A stretch of 64,000 bases of DNA from Bdellovibrionota bacterium (GTDB lineage: Bacteria; Bdellovibrionota; Bdellovibrionia; Bdellovibrionales; JAMPXM01), in NCBI GenBank assembly GCA_963170185.1, contig CAUJGS010000041.1:8262-72261 (forward strand). The letters run 5' to 3'. The position numbers were made by a program, and so were the translations under genes. This document shows positions 45,183 to 54,733 of this stretch, piece after piece; position 1 is the stretch's first letter, and every line of letters starts with the position of its first letter. Under the pieces are notes generated by a model that had not been told where the DNA came from, ran no database searches, and worked only from the letters and a program-made list of their open reading frames with translations.

Positions 45183-47741
45183 TTAGGCGAACAGTTTTTG
45201 TTCAGCGAACACGTTTCCGACGCTTTCGGCTTCCGCCAAAAGCTCGTGTACCGCCGGTGCGACATCTTCGAGATGCAGCGTGCGTTCGGCTTTGTATTCC
45301 AGGGTTTGACAGAGTTCACTGAGCTTCGTGGCGCCCAGCGTGGCACTTGATGCCCGCAGGTGATGGGCCGTGCGGCGAATTCCGTCGAGATCCCCTTTTT
45401 CGACCGCAGCTTCGATTTTGGCGACAGATTGGTTCAGCGTTGACCGGTACGAGGCAATAAGCTGTCGAACGACATCAGAGCTTGTATCCGTGGCGAGCTT
45501 GCGAAGAGCCGCCCAGTCAACGAACTCGGCCCCGTTGTAAGTGAGCCAGCGCAACAGAGTTTTTTCCAACTCTATTGGCTGTAGAGGCTTTGAAAGAAAC
45601 CCGTCCATGCCGGCGGCGAGACATTTTTCCCGATCTTCAGCCATGGCATTTGCTGTCATTGCGATCACGGGAGTGTGTGTGCCCTGTTGGCTTTCGCGTT
45701 GTCGCAGTTTCCTCGTGGCTTCGAAACCGTCCATGATCGGCATCTGGCAATCCATGAAGACGATCTGATAAGATGTTTTCTCAAGTGCCGTCAGCGCCTC
45801 TTCGCCATTTGCGACGGTGTGCACTTCGCAGCCATACTTTTTGAGATAGGATTCGGCTACTAGCTGATTAGTTATGTTGTCTTCGACCAATAAGACAAGG
45901 CGCCCGTTAGAATCGGCGTCTGTCGAAGTCGGAAGTTGTGTTTCAAGCGCGATCGGATCTTGGGGTTCTTTCGGTTCGCTCAAGGCTTCTTGCAGGCGTT
46001 GGCGGGAAAAGGGAATGCGTAGATATGTCAGCGGGAATTCACGGAAGGCTTCGCGTTCTTTGAGTCTCTGATTTGTGAGCAGAATGGTGCGCGGGACACG
46101 GGCGGGTGTCGATGCCGAATTCGTGGTCTTTTGTGCAAACAAGGTCTGGAAGAAATGCTGAACGTCCTCTTCTTGGTAATCATCCGAGCAGACAAAGACG
46201 ACGGAACTCATCGAGGCTGTTGGGATCAGTTCCGATTGAACAGTCAGCGTGGTGCCGGCTTCATCAGCATAGAGCCCGAGCGTCTCTGCCAGCGGCGAGT
46301 TGCGGCTATACAGGGTGAAGAGATCGTCAGAGGCGACCCCCAGTTTTGAAATAGAAACCCGCTCGTCTTGATTTTGAAGCTTCAGTGGAATCTCAAACCA
46401 GAATGTCGAGCCGCCGGACGGAGCGGGAGAAAATCCAATTTCACCGCCCATCTGTTCGACGAGTCCCTTGCAAATGGAAAGTCCTAGCCCAGTTCCTTCG
46501 ACGTCGATGCGATTGCGGTTGTGAAGCTGGTGAAATGGTTCGAAGAGGTACTGACGCATGTCTTCGGGGATGCCGAGCCCTGTGTCTTGGATCTCGAAAC
46601 GAACCAGAACTTTTGATCCGGCCTCAAAGTGGTGTCGGGCTTTGACGACGACGCCACCTGAGGATGTGAATTTCACGGCATTGGCGATAAGGTTGCGAAG
46701 GACTTGGCTAATTCGGCTGGAATCTCCCATGAGGTCGGCAGGGATGGCCGAATCGACATGCGTAAGTAGGGTGATGCCTTTTTCCGAGGCCTTGGCCGAA
46801 TAGAGTTCGACGGCGGTTTCCACGAGGTTGAGGCAAGACAGCCGAGAGAGTTCGAATTCGATTCTCCCGGCTTCGATTTTTGAAAAGTCGAGCAAGTCGT
46901 TCACGATCCGTAGCAGTGCAAGACTCGATTGATGAATGATGTCGGAATAGCGTCGACCTTCTGAATCGTGAATGCGGTCGCGGAGCAGGTCGCTCATGCC
47001 GATGATGCCATTTAAGGGTGTGCGAATTTCGTGGCTGATGGTCGAAAGAAAGCGCGACTTCATACTAGACGCGACAAGTGCGGCTTGTTCGGCTTTTTTT
47101 AATGATTCTTCATTGAGTCGTCGTTGTCGGATTTCTTTTCTCGTGAAGCTTGCAAACAAGAGCACGAGGGAGAGTGAGATGAAAGAACCAACCGCGATCG
47201 AGATTTTGAGAAGTGTGGAGTATCGTTGCACGAAACCTTCGTGGCGAATGGCGTCTAGTTCGGCTTTGTGATCGAGTTGGTTTAACAGCTCGAAGATTTC
47301 GGTCATCAGCTGCTTGCCCTGGTCGGTATTCGTGATCGCAATGGCCTCTTCGTTTTTGGAGGCTTTGCGAAGAATGACGGTCAGTTTAATTTCGTCGAGT
47401 TTTTTTGATACGAGTTGATCGACCTCGCTCACGATTTTTTCTTCTTCCGGTACGCCGGCGGTGACTCGACGGAGTCGTTTCATGATGCCGGGTACTTTGG
47501 GAATCGCTTGAGTGTAGGCACGGAGGTAATCATCGTTTCCGGTAAGAAGATAACTTCGCTGCGAGGACTCGGCGATTTGAAGCTGTTGGGAAAGATCTCC
47601 CACGATGTCTTGAATGATGATCGCATCTTTTTCGATACGAATGGCATTTTCCAGAGTTTGAACAGACCAGAGCGCGGCTGCGACCACGGCGAGAAACGAA
47701 AGCACGCCAAGAGGAAGCACGGTTTTTAGGAGTCGTCTCAT
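45183..47741 (-). CDS. hybrid sensor histidine kinase (CHASE3 - HisKA - HATPase_c - REC - HPt)
   Basis: CHASE3-like SQRSYLLTGNDDYLRAYTQ. H-box STISHEIRTPLNGIIGM. G-box DTGLGIP/GTGLGLSICK. REC VFMDCQMPIMDGFEATRKLR. HPt TAHHLRASSATLGA. Confidence 0.9.
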   Translation of the reverse strand: MRRLLKTVLPLGVLSFLAVVAAALWSVQTLENAIRIEKDAIIIQDIVGDLSQQLQIAESSQRSYLLTGNDDYLRAYTQAIPKVPGIMKRLRRVTAGVPEEEKIVSEVDQLVSKKLDEIKLTVILRKASKNEEAIAITNTDQGKQLMTEIFELLNQLDHKAELDAIRHEGFVQRYSTLLKISIAVGSFISLSLVLLFASFTRKEIRQRRLNEESLKKAEQAALVASSMKSRFLSTISHEIRTPLNGIIGMSDLLRDRIHDSEGRRYSDIIHQSSLALLRIVNDLLDFSKIEAGRIEFELSRLSCLNLVETAVELYSAKASEKGITLLTHVDSAIPADLMGDSSRISQVLRNLIANAVKFTSSGGVVVKARHHFEAGSKVLVRFEIQDTGLGIPEDMRQYLFEPFHQLHNRNRIDVEGTGLGLSICKGLVEQMGGEIGFSPAPSGGSTFWFEIPLKLQNQDERVSISKLGVASDDLFTLYSRNSPLAETLGLYADEAGTTLTVQSELIPTASMSSVVFVCSDDYQEEDVQHFFQTLFAQKTTNSASTPARVPRTILLTNQRLKEREAFREFPLTYLRIPFSRQRLQEALSEPKEPQDPIALETQLPTSTDADSNGRLVLLVEDNITNQLVAESYLKKYGCEVHTVANGEEALTALEKTSYQIVFMDCQMPIMDGFEATRKLRQRESQQGTHTPVIAMTANAMAEDREKCLAAGMDGFLSKPLQPIELEKTLLRWLTYNGAEFVDWAALRKLATDTSSDVVRQLIASYRSTLNQSVAKIEAAVEKGDLDGIRRTAHHLRASSATLGATKLSELCQTLEYKAERTLHLEDVAPAVHELLAEAESVGNVFAEQKLFA

Positions 47742-47947
47742 ATTCGCTCCAATGGTTCGCTTCTTGAGACCAGTACGAAGCTACCCCCAAGACACATCCT
47801 AAGTATAGGCAATCCTTCAGGGTTTCGCGATGCGTTCGGCGTGGAGATTTCTCCATATGGCCGTCACACGGCGATCATAGCGTGCCTTTAGATTTTGGTT
47901 CTGAAAGCAGCATCCATAACGGATCAAGCTGGATAAAGGAGAACACA

Positions 47948-48193
47948 ATGAAAGCAGCATTTTTGGCAGGTTTGATGGCAGTCGCATTCGTATCGGCAGC
48001 AAACGCGGAGGGCACAGCGGCTCCTGCAGCAGCTCCGGCTTCGGCGCCAGCAGCTCACCACGCTGACCCAATGAAAACTGAAACCGCTCCTGCAGCTACA
48101 ACTGCGAAAGCAGGCAAGCACGCGAAGAAAGATATGAAAGGCAAAAAAACGGAAGCTTCGAAAGAAGCGGAAGGCACGAAGTCGACTCACTGA
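47948..48193 (+). CDS. small secreted Ala/Pro/Lys-rich protein
   Basis: SD AAAGGAG before ATG 47948. Signal peptide MKAAFLAGLMAVAFVSAANA. A terminator follows. Confidence 0.55.
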   Translation: MKAAFLAGLMAVAFVSAANAEGTAAPAAAPASAPAAHHADPMKTETAPAATTAKAGKHAKKDMKGKKTEASKEAEGTKSTH

Positions 48194-48224
48194 TCGCTTT
48201 GTTTTCGTTACCGTTTTTTCTAGG

Positions 48225-48259
48225 CTCCGGATGGCATTGTGCTTTCCGGAGTTTTTTTT
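48225..48259 (+). terminator. intrinsic terminator
   Basis: CTCCGGA-13 nt-TCCGGAG followed by TTTTTTTT. Confidence 0.8.
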
Positions 48260-48398
48260 CGCCTCGACATTATCAATAGACTTTCGTTGATGGTTTTTTG
48301 GGGGGCGATGCTTGCTTGGCGGGTCGCGTGAAGGGCAAGATTTCTGGCGCTTCATTTGATACAGGTGAAACATGCAGGTGATACGGGAGGGAACGGTG

Positions 48399-48737
48399 AT
48401 GAAAGCAATCTTGGGTACGGCTTTGCTCGGAAGTTTAATTGCTGGTGGGGCCGCACAGGCGGCGACGAACCACTGTGACGAGTACTACTCGCGAGACCCT
48501 CGCTTTATTGAGGCGATTAAGGCGGTTGCCAACCACACGATGCGAAGTTTTGACGAGCTGTGCACGCTCCCTGGACTTTTGGATATCGAAGCGCAACCAG
48601 ATCGTGTAATCACCCGCGCTGGAGACGTGATTCCTCATGTCACGGTCCAGCTTCATCGCGAATACGATAGCTGCCTGTACAAGGTGCGCGACTCTGATAA
48701 AGAGATCACATCGGCTCGCTGTTATTCGGGATTTTAG
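48399..48737 (+). CDS. small secreted four-Cys protein, unknown function
   Basis: SD GGGAGGG before ATG 48399. Signal peptide MKAILGTALLGSLIAGGAAQA. Four Cys in the mature part. Confidence 0.55.
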   Translation: MKAILGTALLGSLIAGGAAQAATNHCDEYYSRDPRFIEAIKAVANHTMRSFDELCTLPGLLDIEAQPDRVITRAGDVIPHVTVQLHREYDSCLYKVRDSDKEITSARCYSGF

Positions 48738-48807
48738 TCCCGTCTAGGTTTCTTAAGCAGGCCACCCGAAAACTCATTAAGTTCGCGATTTTTGTCGAAA
48801 AAGAGGA

Positions 48808-51800
48808 ATGAGTTTTCGGCTTCGGAAAATCTCATTTTCGTCCCGATTGCTTGGGTCGATTTTAATTTCTTTTTCGGTGTTGATGTCTCCTTTCGGAGGC
48901 ATCGGCCGGGCGAATTCGTCGACCGATTCGTCGACAGTTACTCCCTCCGAGATGCCAGGTGTCGCTGCGGATACAATCCCGGACAACGCGACGGAAGAGA
49001 TGAAGGCTCTTCTTGCGTTGGAAATTCCCGAGACTAAACTTGAAGTGATGCAGACCAGAGGCGCTCGCGCCTTGATGGCCGGTCACGGCAAAGCCATTCA
49101 ACAGCTTGTTAGCGATATGGCGACAAAACTTGGTCTGGCCGGTGACCCGAAGGATGTCTCCGTCGTCTTGAATGCTGATCCATCGGTTAACGCCTTTGTC
49201 ATGACGGATCCGGCTACTAAGAAAGTCACGATCGGGTTGAATGCGGGGCTTTTGTCATTCGTCAAAAACCAGGACGAATTGGCCCTTGTGCTCGCACACG
49301 AGATGACCCACATGAATCCCGCGGTCCTTCGCCACCGGGCGGATTCAGGTACACTTGCGAAAATCACGAGTGCGATTCCCAAACAGATTCAAGGCCGACA
49401 GGCTGAGGAGCTACGTGCAGACCTTGGCGCTGTTCAGCGGATGATCAAGGGCGGGTACAACCCTTGGGGCAGCTACGATTTTTTCAAGAGGCTCTCCGCC
49501 AAGCGGGACCTGTCGGGAAATAGCACCGTCAGAACTCTTGTGTCCATGATCTCGACACATCCGGACCCGCAGCTTCGCATGAGCGTGGTGAAGAGCTACA
49601 TCACTGCGAGGCAGGCCGAAGAGAACTTGATGGAAGTGACCGGCAAGTACAACGGCTTTCCAAAAGGGTTGGAGGCCATGCGCTGGAGACTTGCGGCGTA
49701 TCGTGGATTGGCGGACGTCAATAAAGTGAAAGCGGGTGTCGCCGCGGTCGCAGCTGTAGGGGCCCAAGTCGCTACGGCGCTGATCGTTTCGCCGGAGACG
49801 GCCGATGCCATGGGAGTTTTGTTGCGACCGGGAACGGATCTCATCGGGATGGTGTCTTCGGTGAAGGAATTGATATTGAGCCCGGCGGAACTAGGGGCAC
49901 CCATCTTAGGTTCTGGTTATTTACCAAGTTCGGGGGCTGGTTCGTACGGAGCGGTTTCAAGTTTGGGAGGAGAGATCGCCGAAAAGGCGAGCTATCTAAA
50001 AAATGTGCCTCTTGAAAAGGTAGCAACCGTCGTCGGGTCATTGGTGGGGTCAGGAGTTGCTGGGCGCTGGGCGATCAATCGCGTTCGAGCAGATGCAAAG
50101 AGAGCAGCTGCGGATGCCAAATTCGAACGACTCGTGCAAGAGGTTTTGGAAAAGTCGAAAACAGCGATGGATATTCGCAAGGCGATTTCCAGAACCGAAG
50201 ACGCGGTGAAGCTCTATGCAGAGCTTCATAAAAAAGGTCAGTTCGATCGCACGAAGGTGCTTGAGGCGGCGCTGGCTTCGAATGAGAAATCATTCTCTGG
50301 CTTACGTCTCACAGACGAAGTCTACTCAATGATTCGAAGTTATGGCTATGATCCCAGATCTACAGTTGAGTATCTCAACTCTCTCGTTAAAGAAGAGGCT
50401 GCAAAACGCCAACTTCTCCTCAATGAAATTGTTGATGACTCAATTGCGAGGCTTCCTGCATCGCGGACACGGGCCATGATCGCGACCATAGGAAGAATGC
50501 CCGAAGTATACGTTTCACGGCCGGATATGCAAGATTCACTCGATAGGCTTATCGAGACTGCTAAAAAAAGAGATCCGTCGCTTCGGTTCTCAACGAGAAT
50601 TGAGAGAATCAAGCTTATTCAAAAACAGACAGGCCGAATCGGGAGTGCCGTGACACTCTCAAATGGTGTATCTGAGACTGCGGCTACTCCCCCACGTCTT
50701 CTCGAGGTTATGGAGATTGCCGAGAAGCTAAGAACTGCGGACCGAAGCGTGATTGCACCGAGGGGATCGCCTCCGCCGAAGGGAGCGTCCGTTAATCGTG
50801 TCGAAGTTCGCCGTTTGCGTTATCTGAATTTGCCAGAGCTTGTGATGCAGAATATCGATTCTTGGGTGCAGGAAGTAGAGGTTCCCGGCGAACGAGGCGT
50901 CAGGGCTGATACCACATTGAGAGCCGCGATTCGAGATGCAACCGAGATGTTGCTCGATGGTGGGTCTGGCGAGAGACACATTGAATTCAATCGTAAAGTA
51001 CTTCAAGTCTTTGCTGAACGTGTATCGAAAACAGATAGTGTTCGCCTGAGTCGGTTACCTGGCAGTGCTGGTTTGACGGCGGCATCCTTCACCAAGACTT
51101 CCAAAATTCCTGGGATCAAGCCTGTAATGTCTTTCGACGACACGACGGAAAAGTTGCGAGAGCTCAATAAATGGAACAACCTGTTTTTAAAAAAGGTAGA
51201 GGGAGCGAATTCCGTCGTCGAACTCGATGATCTTGTGCAAAAACTGCTTGTCGAGCGAGAGAAATTAGATCCGAACGATTCGCCGATATCGCTGCTTCAT
51301 AAACATATAGAGGCGAGGCCGGACCTTTTAAAGACTTCCGAAGATATCGACCGCTTGTTGAAGAGCCCATACTTATGGAACCAGCTTGGCACGGGCTACG
51401 GAGATCTCGATCAGAAAATCTTGGATGATATGCGCTCCAGGTACGGAAGTAGCAGTTCGCAGGCTGATCTTTGGAAGTATCGACCAGAGGCTTCCGAACG
51501 CCTGCAAAAGCGTATTCTTACGAGACTAGAAGAGCTCGGAAAATCGCCGAAGACGTTCGATGAACGACTTAAAACCTGGCAAATGTTTGTCGGTCGCGGA
51601 GTCACGAACACGACAGACACGATGTTCGCCAAACTTTATGAAGAGGCCGACCCCAAAACTCGTGGACGTCTGCGTGAAATTTCGCGAGGGCGTATTTGGG
51701 AGCCACGTCTTCGTGCAAGTATCTTGAAGGATCGTATCGCCGAAACCTCGGAGTATAAGCAGCTTGTCGCGACGTCTCGTGACGCTCAGCTCTCGCGTGA

Positions 51801-53808
51801 GGCGGAGCGGCTTCGCATCTCGAATCTCCGCCAGGTGATTCGTGTGGCGGAGCAGGAGTTTGACTCGCGTGGGCCTGACTATGATCGTGTCGTTGAATCG
51901 GTTTTAAACGATGTTCGCTCGTCGGCTTTGGAGACTCGTTATGCCGAACGGTATCGTGGGCCGGTTGGCCAGGGCCAGTCGGACCTTACCATGCGAACAC
52001 TTTCGGGTTTGGTCGAGCGAATGCGAAAAATGGAAAAGAATGAAAAGTGGGAGTTCATTCTGTGGCTTCGTGGCGAAAAGGCTGCAAGCAAATCTATAGA
52101 AGAAATGTTCCCGGCGATTGGGTCGGACCGTGTTGCACGCATGTACACACTCTTGCCTGACTATCAAAAGGCCCTTGTCATTGATTCGGTTTTGGATTCG
52201 AAAGAGGGCTTGCTGCCAACGGCTGATGTGAATTCGTTCTGGGGTCGAAAGATTGTGGATCATCTAATTGGCGGTGGGAGTTCGGATAGCGCCGATACCG
52301 TGAAGAACCGTCAGATCGCTCGTGAGATTTTGGAGTCTTACTTGGCGAGCTTTGATGGGCCGGGTGCTAATAAAGCTCAGCGCACCTTGGTGCTGTCTTA
52401 CATGCTGGCGAGTAAGTCAGGTGATGGCTCCAACGGCAAAGTTCTTAAACAGGTTCTCGAGGCGATGGGTGCAAGTGGTGTCAAGATCGGTCAGTTCTTG
52501 GTTGCAACGGACATTCTCGGGGAAGAGGAGAACAAAGTTCTTCGTCAGCTTCAGGATCAAGCCAATGTTCCATTTCGAACGCGGATCTACGAAGATCTAG
52601 CGAAAGCAAAAGGCATTCAGCCCCCTAAAAAGGTCGATGATCTTTTGGGAGCCGCATCGATCAAATATGCGGTCCAGGCCTTTGAAGTGGAAGACGGAAA
52701 TCCGTTTGTTTTAAAGGTTCTTCGTTCCGAGGCGTCTGCGACGATCGATCAGCAATTTGCACGACTGCGATCGATGTCGGACTCTCTCGTTAAAAAATAT
52801 GGTGGTAAGTACGGAGTTCTGCGCTCGGTTATCCGTGCTTCTGAGGAAGCCGTCAGGCGTGAGCTCACCTTGTCTAACGAAACAAAGAGCTCGGCAAGGG
52901 CCGCCGAAATTTATCGCGCCGTTTCGGATTTCGAGGTTCCAAAGGAAAGACTGGTGGACTCGAGTTTGATCAAATCGGATTTCGCGCATGGCGGATCGAT
53001 TCACGATCTCGATCTCGAAGAACGAGGTCGTGTGGCATCGAGAATTATGGAAGTCGAACGAGATATTCTTTTTGGCGACAAAGATGTGATCGAATTTGAT
53101 CCGGATCGACACCCTGGAAACTTCAAGGTCGAAATCACGGGCGAGGACAAAGTTCGGGTTCGACCGATCGATTTTGGACAGTTCATTAAGATCACAAAGC
53201 AAGAACGAGATCAGGTCATCGATCTTTTTGCCCAGTCGGCGATTTTGGACAAAACCGGACCGACCAAACGGTCGATCGACCGCATCGCGGAGTCTTTAAA
53301 ACTCTCGTCCGCGGAAAAGTCCAAACTCATGAAAAGTTTGAAATCAGGATTTCCGTCGAAAAACCGAACCGGTTTGGCGTCGTACTACACTTTGTTGGCG
53401 GCGCTTGAAGATGCAGGAAAGCCACAGCCAATTCAGTTCTTCGATTTCGCCCGTGCGGTTGTTCAACACAACCAATACGAAGACATGGTTATGAGCTCTC
53501 TTATGGCCAAGGGAATGAGTGAATCTGAAGCCAGGGCCGCGGTTCCGACTCCACGGGAAAAGCTAGTTCAACTGGTCAAGGCGAGTGCGGATAGACAGAT
53601 CGCAACCGGTACTGGAGTGCCGGAGTTTTCGAAAACGGACAAGGTTCGGATTGTTTGGAATCGCACCCAAAAGAAGGCCGACGAGATCGTCGGTGACATC
53701 AAGACCCGAGTTCGAGCGGCTACCTTCAAGAAGGTTGTCGATCCGACGCTTGTGCTCGGTTCCGATTGTGCAAAGTTTTTTAAAGATATCAAGCGAAGCT
53801 GGGATTAA
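48808..53808 (+). CDS. 1666-aa exported fusion protein: N-terminal M48-type Zn peptidase, long helical middle, C-terminal ABC1/UbiB-type atypical kinase domain
   Basis: Signal-like N-terminus. M48 motifs LAHEMTHMNP and STHPDPQLRM. ABC1 motifs VKIGQFLVATDIL, GAASIKYAVQAF...FVLKVLR, DPDRHPGNFKV, IDFGQF. Confidence 0.8.
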   Translation: MSFRLRKISFSSRLLGSILISFSVLMSPFGGIGRANSSTDSSTVTPSEMPGVAADTIPDNATEEMKALLALEIPETKLEVMQTRGARALMAGHGKAIQQLVSDMATKLGLAGDPKDVSVVLNADPSVNAFVMTDPATKKVTIGLNAGLLSFVKNQDELALVLAHEMTHMNPAVLRHRADSGTLAKITSAIPKQIQGRQAEELRADLGAVQRMIKGGYNPWGSYDFFKRLSAKRDLSGNSTVRTLVSMISTHPDPQLRMSVVKSYITARQAEENLMEVTGKYNGFPKGLEAMRWRLAAYRGLADVNKVKAGVAAVAAVGAQVATALIVSPETADAMGVLLRPGTDLIGMVSSVKELILSPAELGAPILGSGYLPSSGAGSYGAVSSLGGEIAEKASYLKNVPLEKVATVVGSLVGSGVAGRWAINRVRADAKRAAADAKFERLVQEVLEKSKTAMDIRKAISRTEDAVKLYAELHKKGQFDRTKVLEAALASNEKSFSGLRLTDEVYSMIRSYGYDPRSTVEYLNSLVKEEAAKRQLLLNEIVDDSIARLPASRTRAMIATIGRMPEVYVSRPDMQDSLDRLIETAKKRDPSLRFSTRIERIKLIQKQTGRIGSAVTLSNGVSETAATPPRLLEVMEIAEKLRTADRSVIAPRGSPPPKGASVNRVEVRRLRYLNLPELVMQNIDSWVQEVEVPGERGVRADTTLRAAIRDATEMLLDGGSGERHIEFNRKVLQVFAERVSKTDSVRLSRLPGSAGLTAASFTKTSKIPGIKPVMSFDDTTEKLRELNKWNNLFLKKVEGANSVVELDDLVQKLLVEREKLDPNDSPISLLHKHIEARPDLLKTSEDIDRLLKSPYLWNQLGTGYGDLDQKILDDMRSRYGSSSSQADLWKYRPEASERLQKRILTRLEELGKSPKTFDERLKTWQMFVGRGVTNTTDTMFAKLYEEADPKTRGRLREISRGRIWEPRLRASILKDRIAETSEYKQLVATSRDAQLSREAERLRISNLRQVIRVAEQEFDSRGPDYDRVVESVLNDVRSSALETRYAERYRGPVGQGQSDLTMRTLSGLVERMRKMEKNEKWEFILWLRGEKAASKSIEEMFPAIGSDRVARMYTLLPDYQKALVIDSVLDSKEGLLPTADVNSFWGRKIVDHLIGGGSSDSADTVKNRQIAREILESYLASFDGPGANKAQRTLVLSYMLASKSGDGSNGKVLKQVLEAMGASGVKIGQFLVATDILGEEENKVLRQLQDQANVPFRTRIYEDLAKAKGIQPPKKVDDLLGAASIKYAVQAFEVEDGNPFVLKVLRSEASATIDQQFARLRSMSDSLVKKYGGKYGVLRSVIRASEEAVRRELTLSNETKSSARAAEIYRAVSDFEVPKERLVDSSLIKSDFAHGGSIHDLDLEERGRVASRIMEVERDILFGDKDVIEFDPDRHPGNFKVEITGEDKVRVRPIDFGQFIKITKQERDQVIDLFAQSAILDKTGPTKRSIDRIAESLKLSSAEKSKLMKSLKSGFPSKNRTGLASYYTLLAALEDAGKPQPIQFFDFARAVVQHNQYEDMVMSSLMAKGMSESEARAAVPTPREKLVQLVKASADRQIATGTGVPEFSKTDKVRIVWNRTQKKADEIVGDIKTRVRAATFKKVVDPTLVLGSDCAKFFKDIKRSWD

Positions 53809-54233
53809 CGAAACGTCGCGATCTCCGAGAGAGGCTTACGGGCTATCTTTGGTACGTGGACTCCGTGCCTAGGGTAACCGACCGCCAGCAGTAGAAATGG
53901 ACGGTACGAGCCATCGAGTCCCAGCAACCGATTGAGGAAGTGTGCGGGGCGCGGGGTGTGGGTTAACGACGCTAGGCCCAGCTGGTGCAGAGCGGAGATC
54001 AAGAAACCAACAGCAATTCCGGTTGATTCGATGGGATAGTAGGTTTTTTTTGGAGCCGATTCGTCGGAGTCTTGCTGGATTTGGGATCGACTGAAGATTG
54101 CGATGATAGCGGGTGCCTCCGTGAGATAGGGCTTTATGCTGTTTGTTCCAAAGATCTTAAGGTCCTCTCTCCAGTTCTTTGTCGATTCGGCCGAGTAAAA
54201 CGCGGCTTCGACGGTTTCGGCGGGATCGGTCAC
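53805..54233 (-). pseudogene. N-terminally truncated nitroreductase-family gene
   Basis: The 142-aa ORF matches only the C-terminal two thirds of nitroreductase/iodotyrosine-deiodinase-like proteins (EAPAIIAIF, ESTGIAVGFLISALHQLGLASLTHTP, LLAVGYP). A TGA lies in frame 10 codons upstream of the GTG, and no RRSxR-type N-terminus exists in any frame. Confidence 0.5.
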
Positions 54234-54353
54234 TGCTGGCGAGCATGAACTTCTGGTTGTCAGTCAGGCAAATTGTGATCGAGACGAGGTGGATTTTATT
54301 GCTGCGGAAGTCAGTTTGTTGCTGAAACACGGAAGAGGCGTTAGGCTGTAAGT

Positions 54354-54590
54354 ATGGAAATGTGGCTGATCTTCGCGGCGATAGCGGTTTTTATTGGAGG
54401 TTCGGCGGTGTACCTCGTGTTCATGATCTTTTTCCCGGAATGGGTGGGGATCACGGGAGAGACGGCTTTGAAGGCCGAGCAGAGTCACCGTGGAGACGTG
54501 CCTCATGAAGAGGGGCCAGACCCTTTGAAGGGTGTATCGAAGAGCGCTTCTGGTCGCGCTTCTGGGCCGCCGGAGTCTTCAAATAAGTAA
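54354..54590 (+). CDS. small single-TM protein
   Basis: MEMWLIFAAIAVFIGGSAVYLVFMIFF TM helix with a charged tail. A strong terminator begins 8 nt after the stop. Confidence 0.5.
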   Translation: MEMWLIFAAIAVFIGGSAVYLVFMIFFPEWVGITGETALKAEQSHRGDVPHEEGPDPLKGVSKSASGRASGPPESSNK

Positions 54591-54597
54591 TTCGAAA

Positions 54598-54629
54598 TAA
54601 AAAAGAGCCGGTATTCACCGGCTCTTTTT
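54598..54629. terminator. bidirectional intrinsic terminator
   Basis: AAAAAAA-GAGCCGG-tattca-CCGGCTC-TTTTT, with A- and T-tracts on both sides. Confidence 0.85.
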
Positions 54630-54644
54630 CGTCGAGTGCTAGTA

Positions 54645-54733
54645 GAGGGTGCGGTTCGTAGCGACACCCCTCAAATCTCGCCGCGCCACTGCACGGCGAG
54701 CAGCTTAGGGCGAAGCCCTAAGCGACACCCTTA
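54645..54733 (-). repeat. two-hairpin repeat family, locus D (one full copy plus a partial second copy)
   Basis: Minus strand reads TAAGGGTGTCGCT-TAGGGC TTC GCCCTA-A-GCTG-CTCGCCGTGC AGTG GCGCGGCGAG-ATTTGA, then GGGGTGTCGCTACGAACCGCACCCTC. Confidence 0.85.
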
